Below are positions 9,319-17,245 of a stretch of 52,022 bases of DNA, one piece after another. A model generated the notes under the pieces. That model did not search any database. It was not told the DNA's origin and was given only the letters and a program-made list of their open reading frames with translations. Where the stretch lies: positions 1 through 52,022 of the forward strand of contig JAIXRY010000003.1 in assembly GCA_027484965.1 (NCBI GenBank), written 5' to 3'. Origin of the DNA: a bacterium. GTDB taxonomy: Bacteria; Patescibacteriota; Minisyncoccia; Phycocordibacterales; UBA9973. Both the position numbers and the translations under genes were made by a program. How positions within the stretch are numbered: position 1 is the first letter of the stretch; each line of letters opens with the position of its first letter.

Positions 9319-10218
9319 TTATTGTTGTGATGTAATAATTTCAGTTGATTTTTCTATAAGACCAACAACATCATCATACATACGAAGTTCTGCAACTTCA
9401 GAAGGAGAAAACCATCTCGCATCATCAAGACCTCCACCAGTACGTAGCGTAAGAGCTTCATAAGGAGCTTCTACCAAGAAATATGTTACTTGTTTGCGGA
9501 GTTTTCCTTTTTCTGGATGAGATGCAACGTATTCGTTTTCACCGAGAGCTTCAACGACTTTTGTTTCTATTCCTACTTCTTCTTTTACAACACGTACAAC
9601 AGCAGTCTCTACAGCTTCAGCTTCTTCCACACCTCCTTTTGAAAGGGTCCAGTATCCAAAAACATCATGCACAAGAGCAAAAGAGAATCCTCCATCATAA
9701 CGCCCAAAAATTACAGCGCCAGCTTTTTTCTCGATAGGAAGTTTTGTAATATCGATAGGCTCATTAGAAACTTGTTTTTTGCCGAATTGTTCTTTTCCTG
9801 GCTCACCAATTTCTTTATACACAGCACCAAGTACTCCATTAATGAATCTACTAGAATTATCACCTCCAAAAGCTTTTGCGAGCTCTATAGCCTCATTAAT
9901 AGCTACTTTAGGTGGAACTTCTGATCTATTACCGAAGAGGAGTTCATAGAGACCAATACGAAGGATATTTCTGTCAGGAACAGCGATTTTTGCTACAGGC
10001 CATTCAGGAGCTGCCTTTGTAATAATATCGTCAATAACTGTACGCTTGCGCAAAACACCATCAAGAAGCATTTCTAGGAATGCATCATCGTTTAAACCAG
10101 GACCAAACTCAACAGTATTTCTTTTGAGCATTTCTTTAGGGTCTCCAGCTTGGCCATTAAAATCCCATTCGAAAAGTGTTTGGAGAACAATTGAACGAGA
10201 GAGATGTCTATTTGCCAT
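9319..10218 (-). CDS. nusB: Transcription antitermination factor NusB fused to a C-terminal Nudix domain
   Basis: N-half: RHLSR, DRNILRIG.YEL, VAINEAIELAK, FINGVLG. C-half: WTLSKGGVEEAEAVETAVVRVVKEEVGI Nudix box. Confidence 0.9.
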   Translation of the reverse strand: MANRHLSRSIVLQTLFEWDFNGQAGDPKEMLKRNTVEFGPGLNDDAFLEMLLDGVLRKRTVIDDIITKAAPEWPVAKIAVPDRNILRIGLYELLFGNRSEVPPKVAINEAIELAKAFGGDNSSRFINGVLGAVYKEIGEPGKEQFGKKQVSNEPIDITKLPIEKKAGAVIFGRYDGGFSFALVHDVFGYWTLSKGGVEEAEAVETAVVRVVKEEVGIETKVVEALGENEYVASHPEKGKLRKQVTYFLVEAPYEALTLRTGGGLDDARWFSPSEVAELRMYDDVVGLIEKSTEIITSQQ

Positions 10219-10266
10219 ATGTATGTATTTTTGATTAATGAACTAAAAGAGCTGATAAATAGAATA

Positions 10267-10467
10267 TTATTTCTTTTGTTTCTTTTCGACTTTCTTTACA
10301 ATGTCGATAACTTTTTTACCACGGTATGTCCCTGTTGTAAGAGAAACACGGTGACGAAGACGAGGAGTTTTTGACCCTTCTTCAAGAGTAATAGGCGCAC
10401 CTGTAAGTGCGTGGTGACTACGGCGATTAGCCGTATGTGCATGTGTATGTCTCATTCGTACTGTCAT
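10267..10467 (-). CDS. rpmF: 50S ribosomal protein L32, Cys-free form
   Basis: MTVRMRHT...RRSHHAL...HRVS..TGTYRGKKV; ATG 10467. Confidence 0.92.
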   Translation of the reverse strand: MTVRMRHTHAHTANRRSHHALTGAPITLEEGSKTPRLRHRVSLTTGTYRGKKVIDIVKKVEKKQKK

Positions 10468-10519
10468 AATTCCACTACTATACCTTTTTTGAGGAAAAAA
10501 TGCAACATCATAAATAAAC

Positions 10520-10553
10520 AAAAAACCCCGCCTTTAATTATATAAAAGCGAGG
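10520..10553 (-). terminator. Terminator overlapping the stop of the 136-aa membrane protein gene
   Basis: Minus strand CCTCGCTTTT-loop-AAAGGCGGGG followed by TTTTTT. Confidence 0.6.
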
Positions 10554-10944
10554 TGTGTAGCCAAGGGCTAGAGAGGAAATATCCTATAGTAACTCCTAGG
10601 AGGTATTGCCAACTATTTCTTAAAATATTTCTAGATCTATCTTGATACTGCTGACGATTATGCGTAACATGTTCAGCAAAAGTAAGACCTAAAAGCCACA
10701 GAATTAGAAGATAGAAAGATATTTCAAATATTGGAACCGAAAACTTGAATAAAAAATATCCGATAGCAATTCCAATAATCACTTGCCAGGCATTTCTCCA
10801 AATTCTAGCAACAACATCCCCCGTTCCGTTCCAATAATTCTGACCATTACGAAACAAAAGAGAAATAAAGAGTCCAAGAATCCAGAAGGTGAAAATTATC
10901 ATTAAGATAGTTTCTAATCCGTTTGAGTTTTTTATGAGGTTCAT
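10534..10944 (-). CDS. Hypothetical 4-TM membrane protein with internal duplication
   Basis: Two repeats of W.LGL...RN.WQ...G..IGYFL. Confidence 0.75.
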   Translation of the reverse strand: MNLIKNSNGLETILMIIFTFWILGLFISLLFRNGQNYWNGTGDVVARIWRNAWQVIIGIAIGYFLFKFSVPIFEISFYLLILWLLGLTFAEHVTHNRQQYQDRSRNILRNSWQYLLGVTIGYFLSSPWLHTSLLYN

Positions 10945-11035
10945 AATATAAGGGTTTAATTGTGATCAAAAAGGACATTATCCCCTTTGATCACAACGAA
11001 ACTTTTATGAACCAGATTCAAAGAACTATATACAT

Positions 11036-11064
11036 ATTATATACTATTTAAAGATATTTGTCAA
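11036..11064 (-). promoter_or_regulatory. Perfect consensus sigma70 promoter
   Basis: TTGACA (11064-11059), 17 nt spacer, TATAAT (11041-11036). Confidence 0.8.
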
Positions 11065-11092
11065 TAGCATAAATAGATAGGCATTAAACAGC

Positions 11093-11131
11093 AAAAAGAC
11101 CTGGAAAAGCAAAACTTTTCCAGGTCTTTTT
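11093..11131. terminator. Terminator
   Basis: AAAAAGACCTGGAAAAG-CAAAA-CTTTTCCAGGTCTTTTT. Confidence 0.8.
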
Positions 11132-11149
11132 ATTTTTTATAAATTTTAA

Positions 11150-11512
11150 TTAAGCATTATCTATATCTGCTTTAATTTTATCTATTGCAGAATCTTCAAT
11201 AACAGTATCCAAAACAGAAACGACAGCTTCCAAATCATTCAATTCCTTCTCTACCAAATCCATATCTTCTTTTAGATCCTTTTCTACAGCATCCAATTCT
11301 TCAGACATTTCTTTTGTTGAAGATTCAATCTCTTGCGCATCTTCTGCAGTAAGAATATCAGTGTCAGATTCTATATCAATTTGGATAAGGTCTTTTATTT
11401 GCTCTTTTAATTCTGGAGTGAATTCCCCTTCCAAAAGAGTTAAAATTTCTTCTTTGTGAGCTTCACTAAGTGCACTTGCTTTTACTTTTTCAATAAAATC
11501 TTGTTTATTCAT
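11150..11512 (-). CDS. Hypothetical very acidic helical protein
   Basis: 120-aa ORF, D/E-rich with a heptad pattern; 11 nt downstream of the preceding gene. Confidence 0.7.
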   Translation of the reverse strand: MNKQDFIEKVKASALSEAHKEEILTLLEGEFTPELKEQIKDLIQIDIESDTDILTAEDAQEIESSTKEMSEELDAVEKDLKEDMDLVEKELNDLEAVVSVLDTVIEDSAIDKIKADIDNA

Positions 11513-11523
11513 AAATATAATAG

Positions 11524-12390
11524 TTAAGCGGCTATTGATAACGCGTCAGTAAGTTCCATTTTACTAATCAAAGCTTCTTTTTGCTTTCTAAGATTTTCAG
11601 CCTTTTGCATAGCGCTAGATTCCTTATCTGCAATCTTTTGAATTTCAGCTTCTAAGCGACGCATACGAAGCATGTTCATACTCTTGCGATGATTTTCTTT
11701 AATTTTAGCAACTCTTTCTTGGGCAGATAGAATTGCATTTTCACTAAAAGATTTAACACTTTCATATTTATTCTTAACTCCTTCTTTTGCAGTTTGGAGA
11801 CCTTCAACAGTTTTTTCTTTTGCGTAAAAAGCAGCGTCTTTAGAAAGATTTGCCGTATCCTTTGCAAATTGAGAAATTTGCTCTCCTTTATTTACAACAA
11901 ATTTTTCTACAGAATCATAACCTCTATCCATAGCATCATACCCTTTTACGAGCATGTCACCTGTAGATGAGACTAATTCTGCTCCAGCTCTACCAATATT
12001 TTTTCCTGTAATATTTGCACCCTTATCTGTCCATTCATCAAATTCTTTTACTTTTTCTACTGAATAATCATATCCTTGCTTTGCAAAAACGTCAGACATT
12101 GCAGCACCAGCAACAATATTACCTGTAACTTTTTTTGTATTATTCCAAAAACGTCCAAGCTTTGATGCAAGAGCATTGCCTTTTTTTGCAACAATTTCTT
12201 TAACTTGAGATATCTTTTCACCAACAAGAGCTAAACGTTCACGTCCAACAGCAAGAGGATCCTCTTGTGTATTATTCAACTCAACATTTTCAGCTGATTC
12301 TTGATTTAACTCTTCTACACTCTTAGCTTCTGCAGGTATTGAAACCTCAGGCACCTCTTTTTTACCAAAACTAAATAGTCCCATATACAT
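11524..12390 (-). CDS. Hypothetical all-helical (LEA/apolipoprotein-like) protein
   Basis: 288-aa ORF rich in A/K/E/G with amphipathic repeats and a C-terminal coiled coil. Confidence 0.7.
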   Translation of the reverse strand: MYMGLFSFGKKEVPEVSIPAEAKSVEELNQESAENVELNNTQEDPLAVGRERLALVGEKISQVKEIVAKKGNALASKLGRFWNNTKKVTGNIVAGAAMSDVFAKQGYDYSVEKVKEFDEWTDKGANITGKNIGRAGAELVSSTGDMLVKGYDAMDRGYDSVEKFVVNKGEQISQFAKDTANLSKDAAFYAKEKTVEGLQTAKEGVKNKYESVKSFSENAILSAQERVAKIKENHRKSMNMLRMRRLEAEIQKIADKESSAMQKAENLRKQKEALISKMELTDALSIAA

Positions 12391-12475
12391 TAATTTAATA
12401 AGAATAAATTTTCCCGACTGTAATAAATTATATAGCTTATACCAATAAAGTAAAGAAATTTAAAGGTATTAATAC

Positions 12476-12504
12476 TTGATATAGACAATATATAGGTGTA
12501 AAAT
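12476..12504 (+). promoter_or_regulatory. Promoter of the thrS leader
   Basis: TTGATA-17 nt-TAAAAT, 7 nt before ATG 12512. Confidence 0.7.
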
Positions 12505-12511
12505 AGTATTA

Positions 12512-12589
12512 ATGTCACACATTTTTACAAAAACAACCACAACAACCTTTACTCGATGTCGAGAAAGGCTTGTCTTGGTAATTTCGTAA
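12512..12589 (+). CDS. Thr-rich leader (attenuator) peptide MSHIFTKTTTTTFTRCRERLVLVIS
   Basis: 25-aa ORF with 7 Thr codons in a 9-codon stretch, directly upstream of thrS; absent from the ORF track. Confidence 0.85.
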   Translation: MSHIFTKTTTTTFTRCRERLVLVIS

Positions 12590-12645
12590 GAATCTCCACA
12601 AAGCCAAACCCTTCTCGATATCAAAAAGAGAAGGTTTTTTATTTT
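12544..12645 (+). promoter_or_regulatory. Transcription attenuator with 1:2, 2:3 and 3:4 pairings and a U-tract
   Basis: 1 CCTTTACTCG, 2 CGAGAAAGG, 3 AAACCCTTCTCG, 4 GAGAAGGTTT, then TTTTTTATTTT. Confidence 0.85.
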
Positions 12646-12712
12646 ACCAACACATCAAAAAATGAACATTTTTTAAGGTTACCTAACAGCATAAATATGC
12701 TACAATTCCCAT

Positions 12713-14464
12713 ATGCAACAAGAAAACATTGAACATATTCGTCATTCACTTGCCCACCTCTTAGCGGCAGCGGTTTTAAAGCATTTTCCAGACACTAATC
12801 CAACTCTTGGGCCTGCAATTGAAAATGGTTTTTATTATGACTTCGAATTCCAAAACCCTCTAAAAGAAAGTGATTTGGAAAAGATAGAAAATACAATGCG
12901 AGAACTCCTCCCTACTTGGAATACTTTTGCTTGTGAAGAAGTTTCTTATGAAAAAGCAAAGAAGGTTTTTGCTGGTAATAAATACAAGTTGGAACTCATA
13001 GAAGAAATAGAAGCAAAAGGTGAAGCAATCACTTTCTATACTTCTGGAGAATTTACCGATCTTTGTCGTGGAGGTCATGTAGAAGATATGAAAAATATTC
13101 CTAGCGATTGTTTTAAATTAGACAGTCTTGCTGGAGCGTACTGGCGCGGAAGTGAAAAAAATAAAATGCTTACTCGTATTTATGGACTTGCATTTTCTAC
13201 AAAAAAAGAACTCGGTGAATACGTAACAATGCAAGCAGAAGCAGAAAAGCGTGACCACAGAAAAATAGGTCCCGCTCTAAAACTTTTTACTATTTCACAA
13301 CTCGTAGGTTCTGGACTACCACTCTTCCAACCAAAAGGAACTATTTTGCGTAAAGAATTAGAAAATTACCTATGGGACCTACATAAAGACAAAGGATATG
13401 ATCGTGTATGGACACCTCATTTAGCAAAAGAGGATTTGTACAAAGTGTCAGGTCATGCAGGACATTATCTAGATGATATGTTCTCTGTTCATGGAGGAAC
13501 TTCAAAAGAAGATTTTTATGTGAAGCCAATGAACTGTCCTCATCACATGCAAATTTTTGCAGACAATCAATTCTCTTATAGAGATATGCCTGTGCGCTAT
13601 TTCGAACCAGCAACAGTTTATCGTGATGAAAAAACAGGTCAACTATCAGGACTAACTCGCGTACGCGCTCTTACACAAGATGATGGTCACCTTTTCTGTA
13701 GAGTAAGTCAAATAGAAAATGAAATTGCAACAATAGTTGGAATTATCAAAGACTTCTACACTACAATGGGAATGATGGAAGGATACTGGGTAAGACTATC
13801 TGTTCGTGGAGATGACAAAGAAAACTATCTAGGTGAAGATAGTGTTTGGGAAACAGCAGAATCAGCTTTAAAAAATGTTTGTGATTCAGAAAAATTGAAT
13901 TACAGAGTTGGAAAAGGAGAAGCTGCATTTTATGGACCAAAACTAGACTTTATGTTCAAAGACGCTATCGGAAGAGAATGGCAATTAGCAACAGTTCAAT
14001 GTGACTTTAATCTTCCAAAAAGATTTGAACTTTCTTTTATAAATGAAAAAGGAGAAAAAGAACAACCTGTTGTCATACATAGAGCAATATCTGGATCTTT
14101 GGAAAGATTTATAGGGGTTGCAATAGAACATTTTGGCGGTGCATTCCCTACATGGCTTTCACCTGTACAAGTTGCAATTATTCCTGTATCTGAAAAACAC
14201 CTAGATTATGCACACACAGTAAAACATCTTCTTTCTGGATTTTCTATTAGGACAGAATCATTTAATGGAAATGATTCTCTAGGAAAACGCATACGCGAAG
14301 CAAAAATGAATAAAATTCCTTACATTCTTGTAATTGGCGACAAAGAAATTGCAGACAATTCTGTAACGGTAGAGAAACGTGGAAGTGAAGAAAAAGGGAT
14401 TTCTTTACCAATAAATGATTTTGTAACAAAGATAACAAATGAAATCAAAAACAGAAGTCTCTAA
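12713..14464 (+). CDS. thrS: Threonyl-tRNA synthetase without the N-terminal TGS domain
   Basis: RHSLAH, DLCRGGH, RDHRKIG, KPMNCP, AFYGPKLD and HRAISGSLERF motifs. Confidence 0.97.
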   Translation: MQQENIEHIRHSLAHLLAAAVLKHFPDTNPTLGPAIENGFYYDFEFQNPLKESDLEKIENTMRELLPTWNTFACEEVSYEKAKKVFAGNKYKLELIEEIEAKGEAITFYTSGEFTDLCRGGHVEDMKNIPSDCFKLDSLAGAYWRGSEKNKMLTRIYGLAFSTKKELGEYVTMQAEAEKRDHRKIGPALKLFTISQLVGSGLPLFQPKGTILRKELENYLWDLHKDKGYDRVWTPHLAKEDLYKVSGHAGHYLDDMFSVHGGTSKEDFYVKPMNCPHHMQIFADNQFSYRDMPVRYFEPATVYRDEKTGQLSGLTRVRALTQDDGHLFCRVSQIENEIATIVGIIKDFYTTMGMMEGYWVRLSVRGDDKENYLGEDSVWETAESALKNVCDSEKLNYRVGKGEAAFYGPKLDFMFKDAIGREWQLATVQCDFNLPKRFELSFINEKGEKEQPVVIHRAISGSLERFIGVAIEHFGGAFPTWLSPVQVAIIPVSEKHLDYAHTVKHLLSGFSIRTESFNGNDSLGKRIREAKMNKIPYILVIGDKEIADNSVTVEKRGSEEKGISLPINDFVTKITNEIKNRSL

Positions 14465-14630
14465 AACAAAAGACACTCGGAAACAAAAACATTTTGTTTC
14501 AATAGAAAAACTTAGTCACTTTCGATGTGGATCATGTGATAAGTGGTGGAGTATTGGAGATTTCGATAAAACAAAAATAAAAGAATTATTTTGTCCTTGG
14601 TGTGGATTGAAAAGCAGTGTGAGAAAATAA
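14439..14630 (+). CDS. Small zinc-ribbon protein
   Basis: CGSC...CPWC pair; overlaps the thrS stop and ends at a terminator. Confidence 0.7.
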   Translation: MKSKTEVSKTKDTRKQKHFVSIEKLSHFRCGSCDKWWSIGDFDKTKIKELFCPWCGLKSSVRK

Positions 14631-14661
14631 TAAAAATCCCCTTTTGGGGATTTTTATTATT
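14626..14661. terminator. Bidirectional terminator
   Basis: AATAATAAAAATCCCC-TTTT-GGGGATTTTTATTATT between convergent genes. Confidence 0.85.
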
Positions 14662-14848
14662 TCATCATTCCTTTTAGGATTTCTGACATTTCTTTTATGT
14701 CAGCTTCTTTTTGTTTTGCGAGCTTAATCCAAAAAGCTTTTAGTTCTTTTGATTTTGCAAGCTTCTGATATTCTTTAGTAATTCTCCAGTGACTTTTTGA
14801 TTCTTGTGTCATCTGAGTCATCAAGTTATATAAATTATTGTCTTTCAT
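14657..14848 (-). CDS. Small two-helix protein, possibly a degenerate half-ferritin-like protein
   Basis: 63-aa ORF with TATAAT 9 nt upstream; NNLYNL...QESKSHWRI...Y...FW pattern. Confidence 0.6.
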   Translation of the reverse strand: MKDNNLYNLMTQMTQESKSHWRITKEYQKLAKSKELKAFWIKLAKQKEADIKEMSEILKGMMK

Positions 14849-14885
14849 AATAGTATTATTATATCAATATATTAATAATTAGAAC

Positions 14886-14921
14886 ATACATAAAAGGCGC
14901 CCGAAGGGCGCCTTTTATGTA
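14886..14921. terminator. Terminator after gyrB
   Basis: TACATAAAAGGCGCCC-GAA-GGGCGCCTTTTATGTA. Confidence 0.85.
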
Positions 14922-14935
14922 TTGTATATATATAA

Positions 14936-16972
14936 TTAAATATCCAAATTTGCCATTTTTGCGTGAGACTGAATAAATGCTTTACGTGGTGGAACTTCAT
15001 TACCCATCAACATATCAAACACTTTATTTGCCTCTTCTGCATCTTCAACAGCAACTTGTTTCAAAATACGTTTTGTAACATCCATTGTTGTTTCTTGAAG
15101 TTCTTCAGCGTTCATCTCTCCAAGACCTTTGTAACGTTGAATAGAAATTTTTACAGAGCGCTTTCCTTTTATTTCTTCTGCCTCATCAACTTCTTCTTCA
15201 TTTTCTGTTGATTCATCTACTTCTTCTGCTTGTTCATTTCCTACGATTGCAAATTTTTCTTCGTCAGTGAAGGCATAAAATATTTCTTTACCTTTTTTAA
15301 TTTTATATAAAGGTGGCTGAGCAATGTATACATATCCAGCATCTAAAATTGGACGGAAGTAACGGAAAAATAGTGTAAGAATAAGAGTACGAATATGGGC
15401 TCCGTCCACATCAGCATCCGTTGCTAGAATTATTTTGTGATAACGCATTTTTTCTAGATCAAATGTATCCCCAATAGATGCACCCATAGCAACAACCAAA
15501 TTTTTAATTTGTTCACTTCCAAGCATTCTATCAAGACGCGCACGTTCAACGTTCAATATTTTTCCACGGAGTGGAAGTATGGCTTGAGTCTTACGATCAC
15601 GACCCGCTTTAGCTGTACCTCCCGCTGAATCTCCCTCCACAATAAAGAGTTCTGATTCTGCTGCACTCTTTGACTGACAGTCAGCGAGTTTTCCTGGTAG
15701 TGTCATTCCTTCTAGTGCACCTTTACGGAGTATTGAATCTTTTGCGGCTTTTGCTGCTTTTCTAGCACGTAGAGCAAGAACTGCTTTATTAATGATGCCT
15801 TTTGCATTATCTGGATTTTCTTCAAAGAAAGCAGTAAGCGCTTCACCAAATACAGTAGCGACAGCGCCTTGCGCTTCAGTAGAACCGAGTTTTGATTTTG
15901 TTTGACCTTCAAATTGAATTTCACGAAGTTTTACAGACACAACAGCGACAATACCTTCAAGAACATCATCCCCTGTAAATCCACCATCAGCTTCTTTTAG
16001 AATATTATTCTTCTTAGCGTAAGTATTAATTACACGAGTAAGAGCAGTCTTAAATCCTGTGATATGTGTACCTCCTTCTGGAGTGTAAATATTGTTTGCA
16101 AATGGAACAATTTTTGAAGACATATCATCAATATATTGAAATGCAATTTCAACCCCAACTTCATCTTGCCATTTGTCTACATAGAAAATAGTATCTTGAA
16201 CTGCTTTTTGATGCTTTGTATAAAGTTTGACCAAAGACACAAGACCTCCTTCGAAGTAGTATGAAATTGATGGGAGCTCAAGTCCGAGATCTGAAAGCCA
16301 AAATATTTCAGTATCTTTTATTTTTTCAACACATTCACGTGCATCAATAATATGAACACGAAGTTCCTTTACAAGATATGCTTGTTGTTCTAGACGATGA
16401 ATAATTGTATTCCAATCAAATTTTATTTCTTTAAAAATTTCTATATCAGGTTCAAAAGTAATAATAGTTCCATTATTTTTTGTCTTACCAATATTTTTTA
16501 CATTTGCCTTCTTTTTACCTTGTGAATATTCTTGAACATGAATTCCTCCCTCACGGTGAACTTCAGCACGAGTATAGATAGACAAGGCGTTTACAACAGA
16601 AGCACCTACACCATGAAGTCCTCCAGAAACCTTATACCCTTCACCGCCAAATTTTCCTCCAGCATGAAGAGTTGTCATGACTGTTTCAAGAGCAGAAACT
16701 TTTGTCTTAGGGTGAATACCTACAGGAATACCGCGTCCATTATCAACAACACGAATACGATTGCCAGGAAGAAGTACAACTTCAATACGATTACAAAAAC
16801 CTCCCATCGCTTCATCGCGTGAGTTGTCGAAGATTTCCCATATGAGGTGATGGAGTCCTTCTGTACCAGTACCACCAATATACATACCCGGTCTACGACG
16901 TACTGGCTCGAGCCCCTCTAGGACTGAAATATCTTCCGCACCGTAACTTGATTTTTTAGGGGCACTTGCCAT
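14936..16972 (-). CDS. gyrB: DNA gyrase subunit B
   Basis: LEPVRRRPGMYIG, LHAGGKF, VEGDSAGG, PLRGKILN, TDADVDGAHI and QRYKGLGEMN motifs. Confidence 0.96.
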   Translation of the reverse strand: MASAPKKSSYGAEDISVLEGLEPVRRRPGMYIGGTGTEGLHHLIWEIFDNSRDEAMGGFCNRIEVVLLPGNRIRVVDNGRGIPVGIHPKTKVSALETVMTTLHAGGKFGGEGYKVSGGLHGVGASVVNALSIYTRAEVHREGGIHVQEYSQGKKKANVKNIGKTKNNGTIITFEPDIEIFKEIKFDWNTIIHRLEQQAYLVKELRVHIIDARECVEKIKDTEIFWLSDLGLELPSISYYFEGGLVSLVKLYTKHQKAVQDTIFYVDKWQDEVGVEIAFQYIDDMSSKIVPFANNIYTPEGGTHITGFKTALTRVINTYAKKNNILKEADGGFTGDDVLEGIVAVVSVKLREIQFEGQTKSKLGSTEAQGAVATVFGEALTAFFEENPDNAKGIINKAVLALRARKAAKAAKDSILRKGALEGMTLPGKLADCQSKSAAESELFIVEGDSAGGTAKAGRDRKTQAILPLRGKILNVERARLDRMLGSEQIKNLVVAMGASIGDTFDLEKMRYHKIILATDADVDGAHIRTLILTLFFRYFRPILDAGYVYIAQPPLYKIKKGKEIFYAFTDEEKFAIVGNEQAEEVDESTENEEEVDEAEEIKGKRSVKISIQRYKGLGEMNAEELQETTMDVTKRILKQVAVEDAEEANKVFDMLMGNEVPPRKAFIQSHAKMANLDI

Positions 16973-17061
16973 AAATAATGAATGAAATAAAGGTAAAAAT
17001 ACTATCTAATATGTATAAATTATACCAAATTTTGGACTTATTTCAAAGAGATTTTAATAAT

Positions 17062-17241
17062 TTAAATGTGTATTTTAGCTTGCCAATACAAGTTATTTTC
17101 TTTGTAATATTCTTGAATTGTTTTTAGGTTAATATTATAAAATTCTATTTCTTCTTGAGTTAGAATTTCCATTTTTGAAATCTTTTCATCAACAACCCAC
17201 ATCTTTTTTAATATTTCATTTTTATTTAAATCTTGAATCAT
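17062..17241 (-). CDS. Small hypothetical protein
   Basis: ATG 17241 lies 4 nt after the PheRS stop; 59 aa with no recognisable motif. Confidence 0.5.
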   Translation of the reverse strand: MIQDLNKNEILKKMWVVDEKISKMEILTQEEIEFYNINLKTIQEYYKENNLYWQAKIHI

Positions 17242-17245
17242 GTGT

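Noticed and set aside
12500..12650. T-box riboswitch upstream of thrS
   Set aside because: No TGGNACC T-box core or long stem I; the Thr-codon leader ORF and alternative hairpins explain the region better.
12713..14464. Full reassignment of AGA to Ser through the ACT tRNA
   Set aside because: AGA occupies invariant Arg positions in thrS (GREWQ, HRA).
15150..15250. Acidic insert in the GyrB tail as an intein or novel domain
   Set aside because: Short low-complexity loop in a known variable region, with no intein motifs.
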